64,000 bases of DNA from a virus, in the UHGV virus genome UHGV-0382128. One strand, given 5' to 3'. Position 1 is the stretch's first letter. The number at the start of each line of letters is the position of its first letter. The notes beneath the pieces are model-generated. The model saw only the letters and a list, made by a program, of their open reading frames with translations. It was not told the origin of the DNA and did no database searches. Positions 36,790 through 44,686 of the stretch are shown here, piece after piece. Made by a program: the position numbers and the translations under genes.

Positions 36790-37221
36790 TTAACGAACGT
36801 TGTGTGCTAAGTACATGAGCTGTCGTGTGTCTACTGCTCGAGCAGTTGGTGACAGTTGTTGCAGTATCGTACGTGTAGCATGATCGTTGTTAATACGAGT
36901 AATCCATTCATCAACCATATCTGGCACGCTGTCAGTGGTTAGTGGGTAATTAAGACTTTCTAAAACATACTCGGTAAATTCAAAAGCTAAATTTTGGTCA
37001 CGATGCATAGTGTCGCCTAGGTCACCGACCGGATATTCGTCTCGTGGTCTCTTACCTTGACAAACTATGAAACCGCAATGAGCTTCCACAACGGCTTTAA
37101 ACTGTGCTAGTTCGATTTTATCAAACTCAGCTATTGGTGTACAGAAAGTAACTAAAACGGCCAGAGCAACTGGATTATTGCGAACATAATCACGAAATTC
37201 ATCATTTAATACGAAAAACAT
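36790..37221 (-). CDS. hypothetical protein, paralog of 38468..38896
   Basis: Shared L..DLRDYIR..P...VL ... YP.GD.G..M motif. Confidence 0.55.
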   Translation of the reverse strand: MFFVLNDEFRDYVRNNPVALAVLVTFCTPIAEFDKIELAQFKAVVEAHCGFIVCQGKRPRDEYPVGDLGDTMHRDQNLAFEFTEYVLESLNYPLTTDSVPDMVDEWITRINNDHATRTILQQLSPTARAVDTRQLMYLAHNVR

Positions 37222-37239
37222 TTTAATACTCCTTTAGGT

Positions 37240-37272
37240 AAATACAATAATAGAGGGGTGGTAAACCACCCC
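37240..37272 (-). terminator. terminator-like hairpin (weak T-run)
   Basis: AGGGGTGGTTTACCACCCCT hairpin after the stop of 37291..38445. Confidence 0.4.
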
Positions 37273-37290
37273 TTGTACGAATTTAGTTAA

Positions 37291-38445
37291 TTAACGATGT
37301 TTCTGACAAGCAGGGCAAACGCAGACTACGCCAGAAGATATTTCTCTAAAGAGCGCGTCGATCGTGTGCTCATTATCCTTAAGAAAACGAACTGACCGCA
37401 AGTCACTCAGATGAGTTTTTAACTTTCCAATAATACCGGGTTCATAGTTGAGCATAATGGTAAGTGTATTGTTTGTGTAAGTCCACTGACGGACTTTCTC
37501 AGGAAACCAACGAGTGATATCACGCATAAACGTATCGGCATCTTCTTTTCCAATAGCAATGATTGTCAGAAGACGTAGCCGATCGTTAACAATATCGTCA
37601 ATGAGATCACGAATTTCATCTCCCAGAGAAAGGTCGTCTAACGGGAGTTTAATGGTGAGCTGTTCGCCCTCGAGTTTAGTTTCTACCCTGCTGGAGTAGA
37701 ATGCTGCCAAGGTATCATTAATATCTTTGGCTTCTGGGCCAGTATAATTAATGGCATCCTGTCTTTCGCCGCATTTACGGGAATTTTTCTTTATTAACTC
37801 ATCCATACGGGTGCGTAGCTGATTAATAACAACAGGGTCTTTATCAACAAGTACAGTTAGAGTGTCGCGAACATAATTAGACTGGTGAATTTTCTCCTTG
37901 TGTTCGTGAACAGCCCCACGCATGAATTCGTCCGCTTCACTTTTTCCGATACCTTGAAACGAAATAAGTAGAACGGCGCCGTTATCGATCAGCTCAGCGA
38001 TAGAACGTACTTCTTCCATGAAGTTACGATCGTCTTTCTTCAATCGAACGACGAGTTTGCTGTTATCCCAGTAAATACCTAAATCGCCGGGATAGAAGGT
38101 CTCTAACACCTTTTTAATTTGTTCAATATTTTCGCCTTCGTACCAGAGGACGTGAGGTTCGTCTTTCTGCTGTTCTTTGACTTTCGGTTGCTCTGTCTCG
38201 GCCGCTTTTGCCTTGGCGTTTGCGGCTACCGGGTTGAGCAACTCACCGATTTCCACCGCAATAGTGTCAGAAACGTACTCACTGCTGTCAGTCCAGTAGA
38301 ATACGATGCTTTCATCGTTGACCTGCTCTACACGGAAATGTACACCTTTATCCAGGAATATGCGATAAAGTTGATCAAGTAACTGTGCTTCAGGAACCGG
38401 ACGGATTTCAGTTTTAACGAGCGGAGTAATTTCGATATTAAACAT
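37291..38445 (-). CDS. hypothetical protein with internal duplicated domain (384 aa)
   Basis: Two similar segments (about aa 150-215 and 290-350); domain recurs in 42416..43258. Confidence 0.55.
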   Translation of the reverse strand: MFNIEITPLVKTEIRPVPEAQLLDQLYRIFLDKGVHFRVEQVNDESIVFYWTDSSEYVSDTIAVEIGELLNPVAANAKAKAAETEQPKVKEQQKDEPHVLWYEGENIEQIKKVLETFYPGDLGIYWDNSKLVVRLKKDDRNFMEEVRSIAELIDNGAVLLISFQGIGKSEADEFMRGAVHEHKEKIHQSNYVRDTLTVLVDKDPVVINQLRTRMDELIKKNSRKCGERQDAINYTGPEAKDINDTLAAFYSSRVETKLEGEQLTIKLPLDDLSLGDEIRDLIDDIVNDRLRLLTIIAIGKEDADTFMRDITRWFPEKVRQWTYTNNTLTIMLNYEPGIIGKLKTHLSDLRSVRFLKDNEHTIDALFREISSGVVCVCPACQKHR

Positions 38446-38467
38446 GTCATTTTTTCCTTTTGGTAAA

Positions 38468-38896
38468 TTAGCTGTAATTGTGCTTAAAGAACTCTAAAGC
38501 ACGCTGGTCGTTTGTAATCGCCGTTGTGGACATTCGTTTTAACGCCTGTCGGCAGTAAGCGTCGCTCAGAATACGTTGCTGCCAAGCGTTGACTATTTCC
38601 GTCACTGTTTCCCCTTCTACAGCAGTGTTAAGTTTATCGAGGCAGTGTCGCCCTAACAGAAATGCAACCGCATAATCTGTAAACATCTCGGTGCCGAAAT
38701 CCCCGTCGGGATAATCGCAACGTTTACGTACTGACGTTGCGGTAATGGAGTTATAAGCGGTTTTTATTATCTCGTGGAACTGTTCCACCGTTAAGATGTT
38801 AACGTCAGTACCTGAAAGCGTAAGCGAAGCCAGTACAGGAATACTGGCTGGGTACTGACGGATGTAATCACGCAAATCTGAATTGAGCGTTTTCAT
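38468..38896 (-). CDS. hypothetical protein, paralog of 36790..37221
   Basis: See 36790..37221. Confidence 0.55.
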   Translation of the reverse strand: MKTLNSDLRDYIRQYPASIPVLASLTLSGTDVNILTVEQFHEIIKTAYNSITATSVRKRCDYPDGDFGTEMFTDYAVAFLLGRHCLDKLNTAVEGETVTEIVNAWQQRILSDAYCRQALKRMSTTAITNDQRALEFFKHNYS

Positions 38897-39644
38897 TCAT
38901 GAACCCTTTTGTTTTTATCCAATATAAGCAATTTGCACCAACCTGAACTGGCTCGATCCTATCAAGTTCTTCCATCAGAGCCAGATAAGTTTGCCAAACG
39001 GTTTGACGTTCGAAGAAAAATGATGTTGTGCCATTAGACCTAAGACATGCACGTACTAAGTGCTCGGTTTGTGAAAACTGAATATTAACGTTGTTCAGGA
39101 CACGTTGAATAGTATCAGAATCGTAATGCGCGAAACGATCTTTGTGTACCAGAACCATCTCTATAGGCGTGGAATCGTCATTGACTGAAAAAGGTTCGTC
39201 AATGCGAATAAGGTTATTCCGGTGAGGTACTCCATCGTAACCGAGCGTATAGACATCCATACCTTCCCCCGGGTTACAGTCGAAATACTCCAGAATTTTA
39301 TCAGCGTTTTTCTCCGCCGAACGTTTAAAGTAAACAATATAAACGGTATGACTAATCTTCTCAACTTCGTATACTTTTTCGGAGAACGATCTGAAAATTG
39401 CCATGACGTTTAATCTTCCTTTGTCTTTAGCAACGTAACATGCAACTAAACACGTTGCTTCACCACGAAGAACATCGTCAATGAACTCTTTTGCTCGTTT
39501 TAATTCATCCTCGTTAAAACCACCGATAGTGAGCTCATTCCCATAAATCTGATAAGCAAGATGTGGAGTAACGTTTTTCAGGAAACTCGTAATGATGTGC
39601 GTGTATGCCCAAAGACTACTATTCTTAAACTCGATAGTTTTCAT
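38868..39644 (-). CDS. hypothetical protein (258 aa)
   Basis: ORF with overlapping stop/start arrangement. Confidence 0.5.
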   Translation of the reverse strand: MKTIEFKNSSLWAYTHIITSFLKNVTPHLAYQIYGNELTIGGFNEDELKRAKEFIDDVLRGEATCLVACYVAKDKGRLNVMAIFRSFSEKVYEVEKISHTVYIVYFKRSAEKNADKILEYFDCNPGEGMDVYTLGYDGVPHRNNLIRIDEPFSVNDDSTPIEMVLVHKDRFAHYDSDTIQRVLNNVNIQFSQTEHLVRACLRSNGTTSFFFERQTVWQTYLALMEELDRIEPVQVGANCLYWIKTKGFMNENAQFRFA

Positions 39645-39688
39645 TTTATTTTCCTTTTGGTTTTACAAGCTGAAGCGTTAATTTACGC

Positions 39689-40183
39689 TTAGAGGTGTTT
39701 TCCGATAACTTCCGAAACTAATTCGTAAAGGTCATCGTCACTGCACACGTCTACGCTAATTCCGATATCGATACTACGACTGCGGAACCCTACTTTGAGC
39801 GTTTTACCGAATTCGGTTTGTAGGGCTTTATAGAGTCTATTCTTATCTTCTTTAAAGAGAGGAACAGGTAGTCTAACAGTGAACTTGTAATGTTCTTTCG
39901 AAACAAGTTCGTTAGAATAATTAAAACGTTTAGCCACACGAGTTCCGATAATCTGTGTTATCAGCTTAAACATTTCTTCGTCGCTATACGGTGTTGCACC
40001 ATAACCGATATCAATAGAATTTCTACGGAATCCTGCGCAGAATAATGCACCGAATTGCTCACGGAATTCTTTGTGTAGAATATCTTTTTCTACGTCCCAC
40101 AGCCCGTAACCCAAGTCAATCGTGAATTTGTATTTTTCTTTGTCGACTAATTCGTTAGTGTAATCAAGTCTAGTGAAGTTCAT
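39689..40183 (-). CDS. hypothetical protein built from two tandem repeats of about 80 aa (start adjusted from 40234)
   Basis: Repeats NELVDKEKYKFTIDLGYGLW...SIDIGYGATPYSDEEMFKLITQIIG and NELVSKEHYKFTVRLPVPLF...SIDIGISVDVCSDDDLYELVSEVIG; ATG at 40183 preceded by TAGGAGAA. Confidence 0.55.
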   Translation of the reverse strand: MNFTRLDYTNELVDKEKYKFTIDLGYGLWDVEKDILHKEFREQFGALFCAGFRRNSIDIGYGATPYSDEEMFKLITQIIGTRVAKRFNYSNELVSKEHYKFTVRLPVPLFKEDKNRLYKALQTEFGKTLKVGFRSRSIDIGISVDVCSDDDLYELVSEVIGKHL

Positions 40184-40212
40184 GGTATATTCTCCTAAAA
40201 TGGTTTCGTTAA

Positions 40213-40253
40213 GTGAGAGTAACTGAACTCTCACCTAGGTAATATATATCTGA
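40213..40253 (-). promoter_or_regulatory. conserved promoter-like motif plus leader hairpin, copy 3 (leader nearly identical to copy 1)
   Basis: CAGATATATATTACCTAGGTGAGAGTTCAGTTACTCTCACTTAACGAAACCATTTTAGGAGAA. Confidence 0.55.
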
Positions 40254-40264
40254 AAATATTTTTA

Positions 40265-40546
40265 TTAAAAACCCGCAATAAAACTGCCTAGCGAGACACG
40301 CTGTAGGTATTTGGGCTTACGGGCCAGGTAACAGTTCTTAGGATTACCTATTGCCATCTGCGCAACTGCACGTTCTAAACGCGGTGCTTCTAAGATGGCA
40401 CGATAGTTCCCTTCGTAATGCATTAACCACGCACACTCTTCAACGAAACGTTTTGCTTCGCGATAATCTAACGTACGAATTAACTTCTTGCCCCGGTATT
40501 GTTTTACATCACCGTTTTGACAAAATACAATAGTTTCACGATTCAT
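40265..40546 (-). CDS. hypothetical small protein (start adjusted to ATG at 40546)
   Basis: GGGAGA RBS 6 nt upstream of the internal ATG; the track start at 40567 is GTG. Confidence 0.4.
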   Translation of the reverse strand: MNRETIVFCQNGDVKQYRGKKLIRTLDYREAKRFVEECAWLMHYEGNYRAILEAPRLERAVAQMAIGNPKNCYLARKPKYLQRVSLGSFIAGF

Positions 40547-40877
40547 TGATAATCTCCCAGAATTCACGTACTAAATTACTTTTATAGCCTTCAACCTCGG
40601 CACGACAACCTTTTGAGATTTTCTCAAGCAGTGCCAGGCCACCCTCTTTAGATAGCTTACCTTCGCAGATCAATTCAGATATTGCACAGAGCTTGTAATA
40701 AAGTTCCCATTGTTCGGAGATTGATTTCGACTGTACCTTGATCAGTTCATCTTGCGTAGCAATAAGTTTTTCACTGATCTCGCAGACATCGCATTTCTTA
40801 CGTTTAAAGAATTCTATTAGTTTAAAAACCACTGTCACCTCCTCTGGCAATCCAGGTCGCCACACGCACATGGGCAT
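40536..40877 (-). CDS. hypothetical small protein
   Basis: ORF 113 aa; overlaps the upstream ORF by 56 nt, so the start is uncertain. Confidence 0.4.
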   Translation of the reverse strand: MPMCVWRPGLPEEVTVVFKLIEFFKRKKCDVCEISEKLIATQDELIKVQSKSISEQWELYYKLCAISELICEGKLSKEGGLALLEKISKGCRAEVEGYKSNLVREFWEIINES

Positions 40878-41133
40878 CTTGAAAAGATGAGATTAATAAG
40901 ATCACACCACCTAACGTACGAGGTACGCGTAAGGCTTCGAAACGTCGGCAGTAAGAGCGTACACAATACTCGGAACCTAAGATAACGATTTCGCAGTATT
41001 CTGAACGAATAGGCAGTAGTTGAGAAACGAGTTTATCGCACGTTTCTTTGTTGTCTTCTAATAACCCGCCTCTGAGAATATAATTGACAATGTTCTCAGG
41101 TACCGATGTGTTCGCGATTTTATTTTCCATCAT
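40822..41133 (-). CDS. hypothetical small Cys-containing protein
   Basis: ORF 103 aa. Confidence 0.4.
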   Translation of the reverse strand: MMENKIANTSVPENIVNYILRGGLLEDNKETCDKLVSQLLPIRSEYCEIVILGSEYCVRSYCRRFEALRVPRTLGGVILLISSFQDAHVRVATWIARGGDSGF

Positions 41134-41531
41134 TAAACTCCTATTGTGATCTCCGTAATGTGCATTCTTCGCATCTCACGGGTCATTCTGTCCATTGCTC
41201 GTTGACACTCGAATAAATTGTCGTAGTATTTCTGGGCGGTAACATTGAATAAAACTCGACCATCTTTCAATTGTTTAGCAGCGACTCTTATAGTTTCCGA
41301 TTCAAACAACCGACCGCCACCCCTACCAACCTTAACCATAACGTCACGAATAGTAACGTTTATAAGTTCACCGTTAGGGGAAGTCACAACCTCCGTATAC
41401 CAGTCGCCTTCTTTAACGACATATTGTACCCTTTTACCGCACAGCCAGTTTTTAACTTTCTCGTTAACAAACAGTTGGACTTTTAATGACAAACGCCTTT
41501 TTAAGTAAACTAAACGTATCATGTAAATCAC
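41133..41531 (-). CDS. hypothetical protein
   Basis: ORF 132 aa. Confidence 0.45.
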   Translation of the reverse strand: MIYMIRLVYLKRRLSLKVQLFVNEKVKNWLCGKRVQYVVKEGDWYTEVVTSPNGELINVTIRDVMVKVGRGGGRLFESETIRVAAKQLKDGRVLFNVTAQKYYDNLFECQRAMDRMTREMRRMHITEITIGV

Positions 41532-41565
41532 CTTATCTCCCTCGGTGTTCCCGAGGGAGAGCTAA

Positions 41566-41847
41566 TCACAGTTTCTCTTCTATTGTATCTAATCGAACTA
41601 ACGCATCGTGACTGACTTTCCGTGCGTGTCCGATTGTCCCACCGAGGGCTTTTGTTGTTGGGTCTAAGGTATTCAGACGGTGATACTGATAATCGATATC
41701 ACGTATACAACGCGCCTGTTGTTTTACCATCCGAATTAATTGTCGTTTGGTTTGACGATTGTTACTAAGCTCCTGCCGTAATCGCGTGTTTTCTTTATAA
41801 AGCTCCTGTTGACGTGAGTTAATTAAACCCAACAACCAATCTAACAT
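41566..41847 (-). CDS. hypothetical coiled-coil protein
   Basis: ORF 93 aa, heptad-like polar/basic composition. Confidence 0.45.
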   Translation of the reverse strand: MLDWLLGLINSRQQELYKENTRLRQELSNNRQTKRQLIRMVKQQARCIRDIDYQYHRLNTLDPTTKALGGTIGHARKVSHDALVRLDTIEEKL

Positions 41848-41849
41848 TT

Positions 41850-42365
41850 TTACCCCCGGTGCAAGAAAATACGGTTAGTGTTTTCGAATTTCGGTTCTGT
41901 CCACTCCAGTTCCCAGTAAGCCTGGTTAATATCGCGAGACGTGAGTTTCAAATTCGAAACGCCGGGGATTTCGATCTGCTGCAGTAAATTAATAATCGTC
42001 ACCAGCTCTTTACGAGGACGGTTCCAGATAACTTCAAGATACTCTTTCAGACGCTCTGGGTAAGCAACGGGGCGAATATAAACTAGCCCAGTGGGATACT
42101 CAATTGCTGAGGGTGTTCTTGGCACTAACCAAACCCAGTCTTTTAATAGCGGCCCTGAGTGGTAGTTAGAGAGTTGAGTAAGCGCATTTGCGACCGAACA
42201 ACAACGGAAGTAGGTGATATCCCAATCGTGTTCATGGCAATTTCGCGCAACGATAACTTTTAAACGGTCAATAGGTTTACCGTCGATGGTCGTAACACCA
42301 GGTTGATTCGCCAGAATCTGACGTTCACGTTTAGTATAAAGATTCATGTTAATATTTACTGACAT
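41850..42365 (-). CDS. hypothetical protein
   Basis: ORF 171 aa. Confidence 0.5.
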   Translation of the reverse strand: MSVNINMNLYTKRERQILANQPGVTTIDGKPIDRLKVIVARNCHEHDWDITYFRCCSVANALTQLSNYHSGPLLKDWVWLVPRTPSAIEYPTGLVYIRPVAYPERLKEYLEVIWNRPRKELVTIINLLQQIEIPGVSNLKLTSRDINQAYWELEWTEPKFENTNRIFLHRG

Positions 42366-42391
42366 TTAATGCTCCTTTAGGTAAATGGTGT

Positions 42392-42401
42392 GGGGGGGGG
42401 G
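42392..42401 (+). repeat. G10 homopolymer (C10 on the coding minus strand), intergenic
   Basis: Counted directly; between the stop of 42416..43258 and the RBS of 41850..42365. Confidence 0.9.
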
Positions 42402-42415
42402 TAGTTAATGCTTCG

Positions 42416-43258
42416 TTATTTAAGATTCTGAATTTCTCTCATCTCGTTACAAAACTTATCAAACAACTGGGCGTATTTGTCAATGTGATTTTCGAACTCC
42501 CCAAAAAGGTGGCGTGAAAGGCGTTCGCTGACTTCCTTTTCGTATTTCTCGAGAAGTTGTTTAAAATATTCACTGTCTCTCTTAATTTTCTTCACATGGG
42601 ATTCCAAAACTTTAAGAATCCATGATTCGTTTCTGATCAAGAGATTCAAATTACCTTCAAGATATTTGCTTTGATAAATCATAAATTCGCGGCCTTCGAG
42701 TTCATCTTTCACGCGTCGGATAAACTCGCCAGCATTGGCTTCGCTAATATCTTCAACTGTAAATACCAGAACATTTTCTCCCTCTATGTCTTCCAATAGT
42801 TGATTTAAAAGAACACGATAGCTAGTATATTCATAGTTCACCCTAAGTACGTTGTTTTCAACCAGATAAGTGAATTTGTCGCTGTAAAAAAGGTATAATA
42901 TCGATCCAATTTTACCTGCTTGTTTGGGGGTAAGCGGAATCTCGTCTGTGAAGTAAGCGACGTCTTTTGCGGTGGGCTTGTCTTTTAGCCTACAAGTCAT
43001 TTGATCGGGTATTTCTTGCCCTTTAGGCATCTCAACAGGCCGTACCAAAATATCCATAACTGCACTAATGAGCTTGTTAGAGAAATCGACCTCGCCTTCT
43101 ACCCAGAAAATATTAAATGTTTCCGATTTAACTTTATAGTAAAAGGTGTACGTTTTTTGTAACTCAGCGATTTCCTTAATTTGTTCTTCAGTGGGGATAG
43201 GGGAGATCTTAAACCTGCTGATGACTTTTTCTTCTTCGGTGAGTTCGAACTGTAACAT
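42416..43258 (-). CDS. hypothetical protein sharing a repeated domain with 37291..38445
   Basis: Segment VFTVEDISEANAGEFIRRVKDELEGREFMIYQSKYLEGNLNLLIRNESW resembles the repeat in 37291..38445. Confidence 0.5.
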   Translation of the reverse strand: MLQFELTEEEKVISRFKISPIPTEEQIKEIAELQKTYTFYYKVKSETFNIFWVEGEVDFSNKLISAVMDILVRPVEMPKGQEIPDQMTCRLKDKPTAKDVAYFTDEIPLTPKQAGKIGSILYLFYSDKFTYLVENNVLRVNYEYTSYRVLLNQLLEDIEGENVLVFTVEDISEANAGEFIRRVKDELEGREFMIYQSKYLEGNLNLLIRNESWILKVLESHVKKIKRDSEYFKQLLEKYEKEVSERLSRHLFGEFENHIDKYAQLFDKFCNEMREIQNLK

Positions 43259-43269
43259 GTTATAGTTCC

Positions 43270-43713
43270 TTAAATCATACCTGGGAATTCGAAATCGATT
43301 TTATCTAAAAGTTTGTAGTCGTCTTTTAGTTGAAGCATTAGTGTATTCTTAAACAGTTCAAGTGAACCGATAAAGTAAGCCGTATAGCAGCTACCACGAA
43401 CAGAAGAGGAAAGACCCAAGTCTCTTAAACACTGTTTCAAGATTTCATGTTCTTCAGCGGTACCGAAAAGTTGGAAATTGATAACGGTAATATGTTTATT
43501 AATGATTGCCGATAACCATTCTTTAATTCTTCTCGTGGTTATACGTTCTTTGAAATCACTAGCTTCTGGCAACCAGGTAATGTGAACAAACGGTGCATCG
43601 TAATCCACGAGAACTTTCTGCTGCCAACGTACTTGCATCAAACCACGAATACGGTTTGCTAACGTTTCAGAATCACAAAGCAACATAATGCCATTAGTAG
43701 TATTTGGTTTCAT
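43270..43713 (-). CDS. hypothetical protein
   Basis: ORF 147 aa. Confidence 0.45.
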   Translation of the reverse strand: MKPNTTNGIMLLCDSETLANRIRGLMQVRWQQKVLVDYDAPFVHITWLPEASDFKERITTRRIKEWLSAIINKHITVINFQLFGTAEEHEILKQCLRDLGLSSSVRGSCYTAYFIGSLELFKNTLMLQLKDDYKLLDKIDFEFPGMI

Positions 43714-44561
43714 AATTGCCCTTCCTTCTTAATGTAATCTTCAACCAACTTATCAAACACGATTTTTATCTTCTCGCGTTCTTCTTCACCCAATTCACCA
43801 GAACAGGTCAGCCCATTTATCTTCCCGTACCGTAATTCCAACACATATTTCAACCGATGACGTAAGGCTTGTTCAAAATGTGTCGGGATATAGATCGGTT
43901 CGAAGTTGTGCAATAAAATAAAATCGTCTTCGGTGTGTTTAGGGGGTTCGAATTTTACTCTATCTAAGATAGTAAGCCAGCGTTGTCTGTCGACTAGCCG
44001 ATCGTCCCAATAAACAGGTTTTGTTTTAGAGGGGGTAAGTGTATTGTAGTTACTGGAATCGGAGATACGGAAATTTGCTGTGACGTAAGTCTTCGTGAGT
44101 AACGAGAGAAGACAGATCGTTCCTTCTTCAGAGTAGCTTAAACCCTCCTCGAGTACGTCTTTAGCTTTCTTGAAGTAGTCTTCAATATAGTCTTCAGCAA
44201 TTGGTTGAATCTCTACTTCTATAGCGCTAATTTGAGGTCCGTCTATCCGTAAAGGAAATTTTAGCTCAGCAATATACTGCCTATCCGATGTATAGGCGCG
44301 TGTAACAATAGGGTAAGTAACAGGCTTAGCCAAATGACGATATTCATCATCTCTAATGACTGAGTAACGTCCAAACCCACCTTTATTCGATTTTGAAAAA
44401 GCGTAAAGGTCTTTTAGATACTCTAGATACTGGCCATCTGTCATTTCATCGGTATTAAATTCACGAATATAAAGTCGTTCAACAAATCCCTTTGTTTGTT
44501 CGTAGTAATAACTGGGATCCCTATTTGCTAGAATGCGCGGGAGATAATACGGGTGTGACAT
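43710..44561 (-). CDS. hypothetical protein
   Basis: ORF 283 aa. Confidence 0.5.
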   Translation of the reverse strand: MSHPYYLPRILANRDPSYYYEQTKGFVERLYIREFNTDEMTDGQYLEYLKDLYAFSKSNKGGFGRYSVIRDDEYRHLAKPVTYPIVTRAYTSDRQYIAELKFPLRIDGPQISAIEVEIQPIAEDYIEDYFKKAKDVLEEGLSYSEEGTICLLSLLTKTYVTANFRISDSSNYNTLTPSKTKPVYWDDRLVDRQRWLTILDRVKFEPPKHTEDDFILLHNFEPIYIPTHFEQALRHRLKYVLELRYGKINGLTCSGELGEEEREKIKIVFDKLVEDYIKKEGQL

Positions 44562-44589
44562 CTAATCCTCCTTTTCGGCTATAACTAAT

Positions 44590-44636
44590 GGAGTGAACGT
44601 AAATTTCACTCTCTCTCCTAGGTAATATATATCTGA
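44590..44636 (-). promoter_or_regulatory. conserved promoter-like motif plus leader stem-loop, copy 4
   Basis: TTCTCAGATATATATTACCTAGGAGAGAGAGTGAA...; preceded by terminator hairpin 44649-44683. Confidence 0.5.
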
Positions 44637-44683
44637 GAAAAAATATAAAAACCGTAGGATGGACTTAGTCCATCCTACGGTTT
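44637..44683 (-). terminator. rho-independent terminator
   Basis: AAACCGTAGGATGGAC-TAAG-TCCATCCTACGGTTT hairpin then TTATATTTTTT on the minus strand, after the tailspike gene. Confidence 0.7.
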
Positions 44684-44686
44684 AAA

